In this document: piece after piece, positions 39,324 to 48,900 of the stretch
Numbering within the stretch: the stretch's first letter is position 1
Layout of the letters: the number at the start of each line of letters is the position of its first letter
Assembly: GCA_963727525.1 (NCBI GenBank)
Contig: CAVSGO010000007.1
Span: 672,001 to 736,000, forward strand
Direction of reading: 5' to 3'
Length of the DNA: 64,000 nucleotides
Origin: an uncultured bacterium
Lineage (GTDB): Bacteria; Krumholzibacteriota; Krumholzibacteriia; LZORAL124-64-63
Program-made: the position numbers and the translations under genes
Notes under the pieces: generated by a model
What the model was told of the DNA's origin: nothing
The model's input: only the letters and a program-made list of their open reading frames with translations
Databases searched by the model: none

Positions 39324-39818
39324 GTGCCGACAACGATCCGTCTGACCCGACTGGGCAAGAAGAAGCGCCCATTCTACCGCCTCGTCGTTCTCGACAGCCG
39401 CGAACGACGCGATGGCGCCTACCTGGCGAATCTGGGCTACTACAATCCGTTCGTGGAGCCGCCCGAGGTCTCGCTGCACACCGACGAGATCATCGACTGG
39501 ATGGGCAAGGGCGCATCAGTCTCCGAGACCGCCCGCTCCCTCCTCAAGCGCGAGGGTGTGCTCTACCAGTTCAGTCTGAACAAGGCCGGTCTCGACGAGG
39601 CAGCGATTGCCCAGAAGATGCAGGACTGGCGCGTGGGCGCCACGGCCCGCGTCGCGCGTGACGAGCAGGACCGCCAGACGCAGCAACGGCAGGTCGCCGA
39701 CGCTGATCGCGAGCGCCGCGATACCAAGGCCAAGGCCGCAGCCGAGGCGAAGGCTGCCGAGTCCGCCGGTGAGTCCGGAGGCGACGGCGAGGCCGCGCCG
39801 GAGGGCGAGGACTCGTGA
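39324..39818 (+). CDS. rpsP: 30S ribosomal protein S16 with C-terminal extension
   Basis: IRLTRLGKKKRPFYRLVV.DSR..RDG...LGYYNP. Confidence 0.96.
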   Translation: MPTTIRLTRLGKKKRPFYRLVVLDSRERRDGAYLANLGYYNPFVEPPEVSLHTDEIIDWMGKGASVSETARSLLKREGVLYQFSLNKAGLDEAAIAQKMQDWRVGATARVARDEQDRQTQQRQVADADRERRDTKAKAAAEAKAAESAGESGGDGEAAPEGEDS

Positions 39819-40084
39819 GCGCCGACACGCAACTGACGCTGGCGCAGTCCAAGGCCGTGGATTTCATCTCGTTCCTGGCCGTGAACCTGGTCGACCACCC
39901 CGAGGACGTGAAGGTCGAGCTGGTGATCCGGGAGGGGCGCGACACGCTGTGCGTGCGCGTGCACCCCGACGACCAGGGCCAGTTCATCGGCAAGGGTGGC
40001 CAGACGGCGCGGGCCATGCGCACGTTGCTGGCGGCGATCAACATGCGCACGGATCTGAATTTCGCGCTGGAGATCGCCGAATAG
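39815..40084 (+). CDS. khpA: KH domain RNA-binding protein KhpA
   Basis: LVDHPEDV, DQGQFIGKGGQTARAMR; rpsP-rimM synteny. Confidence 0.9.
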   Translation: MSADTQLTLAQSKAVDFISFLAVNLVDHPEDVKVELVIREGRDTLCVRVHPDDQGQFIGKGGQTARAMRTLLAAINMRTDLNFALEIAE

Positions 40085-40087
40085 CGT

Positions 40088-40606
40088 ATGGACACGTTCG
40101 TGGCCATCGCCGAGGTGGTGAAGGCGGTGGGTCTGCGGGGCGAGGTGAAGCTCTACCCGTTGATCGACTTCCACGCGCCGCTGCTCGATAGCCCGTACGC
40201 CCGCTGGGCGGACGGGAGCGACTTCGTCGTCGAGCGGGCGCGGCCGTCGGGCGACTGCGTCGTGGTGAAGCTTCGCGGCAGTGATGACCGCGACACGGCC
40301 GAGAACCTGGTGGGACGCGAGATCGGATTCGCGCGCGCGGATTACGCGGCGGCTGATTTCCCGCGTCCCCCGGAGGGGCTGCCGTTTCGCTACCTCGACC
40401 GTCCCGTGGTGACGGTCGCGGGCGAGGACGTGGGGCCGGTTGTGGAAGTCCGGCGCTATGCGACGCAGGTGATCCTGATCGTGGCACACGACGGACGCGA
40501 GGTGATGATCCCGGCGGTGTCGCCGATCCTGCGGCCGGACGGCGAGCTGGCCGGCCCGCTGGTGGTGGATCCGCCGCGAGGATTGCTGGACGATGCTGGC
40601 GATTAA
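40088..40606 (+). CDS. rimM: Ribosome maturation factor RimM
   Basis: GLRGEVK, DRDTAENLVG, PRC-barrel ending GLLD. Confidence 0.9.
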   Translation: MDTFVAIAEVVKAVGLRGEVKLYPLIDFHAPLLDSPYARWADGSDFVVERARPSGDCVVVKLRGSDDRDTAENLVGREIGFARADYAAADFPRPPEGLPFRYLDRPVVTVAGEDVGPVVEVRRYATQVILIVAHDGREVMIPAVSPILRPDGELAGPLVVDPPRGLLDDAGD

Positions 40607-41324
40607 GGTGTTGACGCTGTTTCCGGACATGGTGCGCGCCGTGCTGGAGACGAGCATCCTGAATCGCGCGGCGCAGCAGGGACAGGTCCGCTACGAGGTC
40701 ACGGATATCCGCGACTTCGCGGTGGACAAGCATCGCACCGTCGACGACTCGCCCTATGGCGGCGGCGCGGGCATGATCATGATGGCGCCCTGCGTGGTGG
40801 AGGCCGTCGAGGCGGCACGCGGGAACGCGCAGGTGCCGGTGATCCTCACCACGCCCCAGGGCGACCGCCTCGATGAGTCGCTCACCCTCGCGCTGCTGGC
40901 CGAGGCCGAGGCGGCCGGAGAAATGATCGTCGTCTGCGGCCACTACAAGGGCGTGGACGAGAGGGCGCGGCAGCTCGTGGTCACGCGCGAGGTGTCGATC
41001 GGTGATTACGTGCTCAGCGGCGGCGAACTGCCGGCGCTGGTGATCGTGGATGCGCTGGTCAGGCGCATCCCAGGGGTCCTGCACAACGAGGACTCCGCGG
41101 CGAGCGACTGCTTCACGCAGGAACGTGAAGGCGGGCTCGACTGTCCGTGGTATACGAAACCGCCGGTCTATCGCGACCTGGCGGTGCCGGAGGTGCTCCT
41201 GTCGGGGCACCACGCGAGGATCGAGGAGTGGCGGCGTGCCCAGGCGCGCCAGCGCACGCGCGAGAGGCGTCCCGATCTTGGGGGCGGTGACGCGGACGCT
41301 GGCGAGGCAGGCGGCGCAAGATAG
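40593..41324 (+). CDS. trmD: tRNA (guanine37-N1)-methyltransferase
   Basis: LTLFPD, VDDSPYGGGAGM, CGHYKGVDER, SIGDYVLSGGE, LLSGHH. Confidence 0.96.
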   Translation: MLAIKVLTLFPDMVRAVLETSILNRAAQQGQVRYEVTDIRDFAVDKHRTVDDSPYGGGAGMIMMAPCVVEAVEAARGNAQVPVILTTPQGDRLDESLTLALLAEAEAAGEMIVVCGHYKGVDERARQLVVTREVSIGDYVLSGGELPALVIVDALVRRIPGVLHNEDSAASDCFTQEREGGLDCPWYTKPPVYRDLAVPEVLLSGHHARIEEWRRAQARQRTRERRPDLGGGDADAGEAGGAR

Positions 41325-41361
41325 GCGAAGCGGCCGTCGAGGGGCGGCCCGGGAGGCAACG

Positions 41362-41709
41362 ATGGACATCATGGACAAGCTGCGCACCGAGACGTTGCGC
41401 AGCGATCTGCCCGAGTTCGGCATTGGCGACACCGTGGCGGTGGCCGTGCGCATCCAGGAGGGTGCCAAGTCCCGCCTGCAGAATTTCGAGGGCGCGGTGA
41501 TCGCACAGCAGGGGCACGGTTCCGAGCGCTCGATGACCGTGAGGCGTCTGAGCGGCGGCATCGCGGTGGAGCGCGTGTTCGCCATGGAGTCGCCGAACCT
41601 GGCGTCGATCCGCGTGGTGAAGCGCGGTCGCATCCGTCGATCCAAGCTGTATTACCTGCGCGGCAAGACGGGCCGTCAGGGGCGGATCCGCGAGGCCAGG
41701 CGCAAGTAG
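41362..41709 (+). CDS. rplS: 50S ribosomal protein L19
   Basis: PEF..GDTV.V..RIQEG.K.RLQ.FEG, RRSKLYYLR. Confidence 0.96.
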   Translation: MDIMDKLRTETLRSDLPEFGIGDTVAVAVRIQEGAKSRLQNFEGAVIAQQGHGSERSMTVRRLSGGIAVERVFAMESPNLASIRVVKRGRIRRSKLYYLRGKTGRQGRIREARRK

Positions 41710-41713
41710 GGCC

Positions 41714-42358
41714 GTGCCCGCGCCGGCCGGCAACCTGGCTCGCTTCGACTGGGAGTGCTCCCGCGGCGGCACCGTTGTGCTCGCCGGTGTCGACGAGGCG
41801 GGTCGCGGTTGCTGGGCCGGACCCGTCGTGGCGGCGGCGGTCGTGCTGTCGCCCGGTGCGTGCCCTGCTGGTCTCGACGACTCCAAGAAAATCGCGCCCA
41901 CCGAGCGCGAGCGACTCTTTGCCTGCATCCGCGCGAGCGCCCTGGCCTGGGGTGCTTGCGCGGTGTCGTCGGTGGAGATCGACCGCATCAACATCCTCGC
42001 CGCCACGCTCGTCGCCATGGGACGCGCCGTGCGCAAACTCGCCGTGGCGCCGCATCTCGTGCTGGTGGACGGGTTGCAGACGCCACCGCTTCCGTGCGAG
42101 GCTCGCGCCGTCGTCAAGGGCGACGGTACCAGCGCGTCGATCGCGGCCGCGTCGATCGTGGCCAAGGTCCTGCGCGACCGTGTGATGGTGGCATGGGATC
42201 GGCGTTTCCCCGACTACGGTTTCGCCGCCCACAAGGGTTACGGGGCGCCCGTGCACCGCGCGGCCCTCACCCGTCTGGGGCCGTGTCCGCTCCACCGGCG
42301 CAGTTACCAGCCGGTGGCCCGCTGGAACCAGCCTGCGCTCTGGCACGATCCCCGCTAG
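41714..42358 (+). CDS. rnhB: Ribonuclease HII
   Basis: GVDEAGRG, DDSKK, VDG, KGD, SIAAASIVAKV.RD, HKGY. Confidence 0.96.
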   Translation: MPAPAGNLARFDWECSRGGTVVLAGVDEAGRGCWAGPVVAAAVVLSPGACPAGLDDSKKIAPTERERLFACIRASALAWGACAVSSVEIDRINILAATLVAMGRAVRKLAVAPHLVLVDGLQTPPLPCEARAVVKGDGTSASIAAASIVAKVLRDRVMVAWDRRFPDYGFAAHKGYGAPVHRAALTRLGPCPLHRRSYQPVARWNQPALWHDPR

Positions 42359-42367
42359 TCGCGTCCC

Positions 42368-42736
42368 ATGAACCGACCCGATGCCGCCGCGCTCGGCCGT
42401 CTGGGCGAGGACGCGGCTCTCAGCTTCTACCTTGCCTGCGGCTACCACTTGCTTGCGCGCCGCGTGCGTCGCGGGTGCGGGGAGATCGATCTCGTCGTGA
42501 CCCGCGCCAGCGTGATCGTCTTCGTCGAGGTGCGCACGCGCGGGCCGGGAAGCGTGGCGCGCGCGGCCGAGACCATCACGCGCGACAAATTGCGCCGCCT
42601 GCGCACGGCGGCGCGCGCGTGGCTGGCGGAGCAGCCGTCCGCGGCGGCGCGGGATCTGCGCTGCGACGTCGTGGCGATCGATCTCGCCGGCGAGGGAAAG
42701 GGGCTCGTGCTGCGTCACTTTCCCGGTGCCGGTTGA
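42368..42736 (+). CDS. yraN: YraN family (UPF0102) putative endonuclease
   Basis: GRLGED.A, GEIDLV, FVEVRTR, RCDVVAI. Confidence 0.9.
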   Translation: MNRPDAAALGRLGEDAALSFYLACGYHLLARRVRRGCGEIDLVVTRASVIVFVEVRTRGPGSVARAAETITRDKLRRLRTAARAWLAEQPSAAARDLRCDVVAIDLAGEGKGLVLRHFPGAG

Positions 42737-42908
42737 GGTGTCGACGGGCGGTGACACCTGGCCATCATCGCGTCGTCCCGAAATCACACCTTCCGAAAAG
42801 ACCCCTGGCCGTCTTTCGGCCGCGGCGGTATGCTCCTGCCGTCCACTGCGGTTCCATCGTCGTTCCGTGATCCGCGCACCGCCGGCGAGCAGGAGGCGAC
42901 CTGGCGGC

Positions 42909-45900
42909 ATGAGTTACTGGGATACCCTCGACCGAGCCCGCAACGCACTCGACGCGGGTCGCTTTCGCGAGGCGGAAGACCTCTACCGGTCGGCCGTCGC
43001 CGCGCGTGGGCGATCGCCGCGGCGTGTGTTCTTCAGCGAAAGTCTCGTCGACGGCGCCAGGCGCACGTGGGCGACGATGCGACGCCAGCCGCGAGACACG
43101 GCCGGTCCTGGCCGCTGGGAAGCGGCTGACGCCGCGTTCAGCGCCGAGTTCCTCGATCGCGCCGAGGTGGCCGTACGCGAAGCGCTCCAGCGTGCGGATC
43201 TGCGCCCGGAAGACGCGGCGCAGACCAGCCAGCCGCTGCTCGCGTCGGCCCTGTACCTCGTGGTGGCGAGCGACATCTGCCCGAGCGAACCCACGTCGGC
43301 CGTCCCTCTGCTCAAGGGTCTGATGCGCACGGCGCGCCACACCGGTCAGGCATTCGACGCCGACCTCCTGCGCGCGGATCTGCCCCTGTCGGCCGATGAT
43401 CGCCTGTGGCTCGCACGCACGGGCGACGATCTGCTCGCGAGCGCTGCCGCCGAGCCGCAACCCGGCGGCTTCGCGACGGCAGCATGGGCACGGACCCTGC
43501 TCGACCTCCTTGCTCCGGAGTATTTCCCCGGCTCGGAACGCGTGGAGGAAGAGCGGCGCTGGTGGGCGGCCGGCATCGCCGATCGCCACCTCGCCGCACC
43601 GGCAGCCGCCGTCGATCTGTACCGCGAATATCTGGAAATGCACCCGCTGCCCGGCCCGCGTCCGGATCAGGCCCGCGTGCGCTGCGTCGAGATGCTGGGC
43701 AACGTCACCGGCTCGTCGTTTGCCGTGCCTCGCTATCGCGACGCCCGCGCGATCGCGTCGCCACCGGTGGTGCCCGGCAGCCCGGAGGCGGAACGCTTGC
43801 GGGAGGCCCTGGCCGCCATCGAGGCGCGCCGACCGGCCGATCGCTCCGGTGAGGCCTGGTGTGCCGCCGGTGCTGACGGCGGTTTGCGGGTCACCTTCGT
43901 CATGTGGTGGGGCGAGGCACCGGTCGATGTGGCGACGTGGCAGGCCGGCGACGCGCCGGCGGCCATCGCCGAATTCCTCGAGCCGGCGGCCGGGCGTATG
44001 CTGTGGGCCGGCGCGGGACCGCCGGCCGGGCTGGCGGCCGCCGTGCCGGTTGCGGCGTGCGGCTGGCGCGTGGAGCCTTTCCTTGCGACACTGCTCGAAC
44101 CGCGCCTGCCGCGCGGCAGCTGGAGTCCCGACGCACGCTGGCAACTCGCGCTCGCACGTTCGGCGGCGTGGCGCGAGACGTGGCATCCGCATCGCGGCCA
44201 TCCCCGCCTCGTACCACCGGCGTCGGACGGACGCCTCGCCGCGGCGCAGGCCGGCCTGGAACCCATTATCACCGCGGCGCTGCTGTGGCTCGTGTGTCTG
44301 AGGCGGATCGACGAGGCCGATCCTGCTCTGCGCGCCGGCCTGGGCGAACTCGGCCGGCGCGGCGACCCGGCCGCGGCCTTCCTGCACGACTGCGCTGTGC
44401 TCGGCTCGCCGGCAAAAGCCGCTCTCGACGTGGGCTTCGCGCCGTGGACGCTGCCCGTCCTCTGGACGCGGCCCGATCCTTTGCCAAGCACGTCGGTCGA
44501 CCATGCGGACGATGTCGCCGCGCGCTCGGACCTCGCGGGTAATGACGTCGTTGTCGTCGCCACCGGGCATCCTGGCGCCGTGCTCACCGCGTGGTCCGAT
44601 CGCGACCGCCGCTGGCGTGTGGTGCTCGACCGCCTCGATCGCCTGGGCGATCTGCACACCATCGCGCGCGGTGCGTACGGACCGGTCACCGTCGTGCCCG
44701 CCGGCGGCGAGGTGCACGACCTCGCCGGAGCGCTGGCGTGGCTCGAGGATCTGGCGGGCCGGTCCCGCGAGGGCGACGCGGCGATGCTGGCCGTCTTCCA
44801 CTGGATCCGCCTCGTGGAGACGCACAACGGCGATCTTCTGGATCACGAACGTCTGCGCGGCCGCCTGCCCGGCGAACATACGCTCTATGACCTCTATCGC
44901 GCGGGCGTCTCGCAGCTTCCGCGCCGTGTTCCGTGCGCCGGCGACGATCCGGCGCAGGCCGGCTGGTCGGAGCAGTTCGCCCAGCGCGTGCGCAAATCGG
45001 GTCTCGTGGTCGGCGCCGCGGCGGATCTCACCGAGGATGCCGCGCAGCTCGACGCACGCTGGGGGGTGTTCGATGGGAGCGGCGCGAGCTGGGTCTTCCT
45101 CGACAGCGCGGCCGTGCACTGGCAGCTCTGGCAGCGCGCCGGCCGCTGGCCCGCGTCGCTCCATGCCCTGCTCGCCACGCGGGGCGCCCGCCACGCGTCG
45201 CTGCTGCTCGCGGGCACCGTGATGACGGCCGATCTGCGCCGTGCCCTCGACGGCGTGCTCGCCCCCTACGGGCGGCCGTATCATCTCGCCTTGACCGATG
45301 TGCGCCCGACCCGCCTGCGGCTCGTCGGGCGTGGACCCGTGCCCGACGCGCACCTGCAACTCGTCGAGGCGTGGACGGCGGCGGCGGCCTACCTGAATCG
45401 CACGGGTGTCGCGCCCGCACTGGTGCTGGCTCCGCGCGCGGGTCTCGCCGCCGAGTTCTGGCAGGCGGTGGCGGCGGGCGTCTTCGGTCGCATGCCGTGG
45501 TCTCTGGTCGCATCCCTTTCCGATGACATCGCGGGTGCGCGTCTGGTGGTGCCCCTGCTCGAGAGTCTCGACGACAACGCGCCGCCAGGATCCGCCGCGG
45601 TGGTGGTGTCCGCGCCGAATGCGTGGCGTGCTCAGGACGAGCAGCGCCGTGCCCGCGCGCGGGAACGGCGCGCGCTCGCGGCGATGGAGATCAACGCGTT
45701 GCTCGCGCTGCCGGTTGCGTCTGTGGAGGTGCTCGACGGGCGCTGGTGGCGTCTGGCCGACAGCGACTGGGAGCCGGCCGCCGCCCGGGCGCAGCTCGCG
45801 CCGCAGGCGGAGCTGATCGACCTGCCTGCCAGTGACGAGGGCGCATCGCAACGCCTGCGCGGCGATGTGGCGCCGTGGCTCGCCGAGCGCGGTCGTGTGC

Positions 45901-48900
45901 CGGGCGAGTTGCCGGGCTGGCAGGGCGCGGCGCCAGGGACGACGGGCGAGGAGGCGCACGATCCGGTGAGCGGCGTGCACCTGGATCGGCGCGATGCCGT
46001 CGCGGTGTGGCGCCGTCTCGCGGCGTGGCTCCTGCGCGGCTGGGAGATGGGCATGGCCTCGCGCCGCCTGGTGATCATCGCCGACGAACCGCCGCTCCAT
46101 GCCGCCGATGTCGTCGCCGCCCTCGACTGTCCTGGCGCCACCGTGCCGCCGGCCATGCCGACCTCTTCGGCTTCGGGCAGTGCCGTGGTACCGTGGGCGC
46201 CGCTCGTCTGGTTGCGCCCGGCCGACGTGGCGCGCCTGGGGCGCGATACGCTCGCGTCGCTACGGCCGGATGCTGTGCTCGTGGCGGATCTCGCGGCGTG
46301 GTTGCCCATCGCGGGCCCCGCGCGGCCGGAGACGACACAGGCTCTGCGCTGGATCGCCGATTGCGGTGCCAGCATCGTCGCGCTGGCGGGCGCCGGCGTC
46401 TCGCCGGCGTGGGAGCTGTTCCTCGCGCGCCAGCTCGGCGCCGGGACGCCGCCGCCAGCGCCCGGACCCGGCGACTGGGCCACGCTGAAGCGAAGCGACG
46501 CGCTGCCCCTCGAGATCGACTGCCCACACTGCGAACACCGTGGCGCCCCGGTGGGCGATGCCGTGTGCCGTCGCTGTGGGTTTGACCTCGCCGCGTACGC
46601 GGCAAGCCATCCGGGCATCGTCCAGGTGGCGTGCACGCAGGGGACACTGCGCGCGTTCGCGCAGCGGCGTGATCTGGGCCGCGAACGGCCGCTCGACCTC
46701 TGGGCGCAGCCGACGCTCACCCCGCGCGACGTCCTCGCTGCGGAGGTGGCCGCGCAATCGGCGACGACCATGTCCACGGGCGAGCTGCGTCTCGCCGACG
46801 GTCGGCGCTGGCGTCTGCGCGCGGCGAAACCCGGGGCGGCCGCATCCGGCCACGCCGACAGCGTCGTCATCGGCGTGCCGCACGATCCGGGAACCCTCGT
46901 ACCGGTCGCGCCCCTCGACGGCGTCGACACGCTCACGCTCGCCTATGCCACGGTGGGATTGGGCGATCCGCTTGCCACGGGCGAGGTGGCCGGCGCGCAG
47001 CGCTTGCTGCGCCTGTTGCGCGAGGGCACGCCGGCGATCGTCGCTGCCGAGCGCGGCGCCTGGCCCGCGGGCTCGCGCGGTGACGCCACGGTGCCGCTGC
47101 TTCGCCTCGAGCATCTTGCGGGCCTCGAGCCGGCGTCTCTGCAGACCTCGGTAGGATTGCTGCGCTGGGCTTCCCGCCTCGCGGCCAGCGAGGTCGTGGC
47201 CCCGGCGCTGTCGGCGCCGGTTCCGCGGCTGTGGGTCGGCGGACCGTACGCGGCGATCGAGCACGCCGTCGCGGAGCTGCGTCGGGATCTGACGCCGGCG
47301 CTCGCGCAGTTCCTGGCCGACGCCACGCCCGGCGCCTGGCACGATATCGTGTGGCCCGTGTCCGCGACCGATGACGACCGCCGACGGCGCGAGCGTGTCG
47401 ATCGTCTCCTGCACCTTGCCTCGCGTTTGCCCGCCCCCGGGCAGGGGGACCGCCTGGGGTACCGGGCGTCCGTCGGCGCGTACTTCAGCGATCGGCGCTG
47501 GCTCCAGTGGCGGGGTAGCCGCTTGGAAGCGGAGAGCTGGCTCGATGGGCAACTCGACGCATTCCTGGACTGGTCGCGGCAGGTGCTGGCGGCGGCGGTG
47601 GCGCACGACGACGGCTACGCTGTCGCGGGCGATCCCGTGGCGGGTGATCCGTGGTGGCGCAGCCCGTGGCTGGTCTGGGGTCAGGAGCTCGGGTGCTGGC
47701 ACGTGGCCGGCGTCACGCACGCGGACCAGGTGGACCTCGCCGAGCTGGACCGGCTGCGCGAGATAGCCGAGGCGGCCGAACATGCGCCCGCAGCGCGCCT
47801 GCTCGTCGATCTTGCGGCGGAGCGATCGGCTTGGCGGCGAGTGCTGCGCGAGGCGCGCCCGGGCGGCGTCGTGGCGGCCCCGGTGCCGCACATCGAGGAC
47901 ATGCATGACGCCGCGCCGCCGGTGCGTCGCAGCTGGTTGCGACGGGGGTCGGACGGCGATCCGGTGACGGCAGCGAGTCGCGCGGTGGCCGAGCTGGCGG
48001 CAGGCCACGACCGTGCCCTGCTCATCCTCGCGGGTCCGGCCGGCACCGGACGGCACGAGGCGTTGCTGGCCGGCCTCGACCAGGCCACGCGAGTCGCCGA
48101 CGCGCCGGATGCCGTCACGGTGTGGTGTCCCGACGCCGCGTCGGCGGCGCACCTGCACCTCGCGTGTCTCGCCCGACGTCAGGGCTGGCAACTCGATTTG
48201 CGCGTGCCCGGGCCGGCGAGCGATCGCGCCCTGGGCGCGGCCGACACCGCGCCCGGCGGCCACCGCGTCACCGTGGTGACGGAGGTGCAGCGCCTGTCGC
48301 AGGAGGTGCGCTACCGGCTGCAGGAAGAAGGGCGGCGCGGTGGCCTGATCCTCACGGCCGATCCGCACGAAAGCCTCGAGTCGTGGGACACGCTCTTTCT
48401 CACGACACCACGGCCCGAGCAGGTGCGCTACCTCGAATTGCAGCGCGCGCAAACGCGTCGTCTCTGGGAGGAGACGGCGCCGCTCATCGGCCGCGTGGAG
48501 GCACGCAACCGCACACGGCGCCGGGAAAAAGGCGCCCTGCACTCGCGCCGGGCGGTGAACCTCGATGAGTGCGTCAGCGCCGTCGCCGCGGAGGTGGAGG
48601 CGGGGCGTCTCGGCCCGAGCTGCGATCTCGTCGTGCCGCTCGGCGACGACGCGGCGTTCCTCGGTCGCATGTTCGCGGCGCGCGGCTGGCTCGCGGTGTT
48701 CCGGCAGGAACTCGACGAATTGCTGCTGCCAGGCACGCTCGAGTTCATCTGTGCGGCCCATGACGTGGCGGCGGCATCGCTCGGTGCCTGGCCCGGCACC
48801 GCCGCGGATGGGCCGCCGCCGCTGCTCGGACAGTGGGTCATGACACCGACGCTCGCGGACGGCTATCCGGCCTGGGTCGCCGCCTGCGGCGACGGGGAGG

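Noticed and set aside
42368-42736. YraN FVEVR instead of FVEVK as a sign of inactivation
   Set aside because: The Arg variant is common in the family as I recall, including E. coli.
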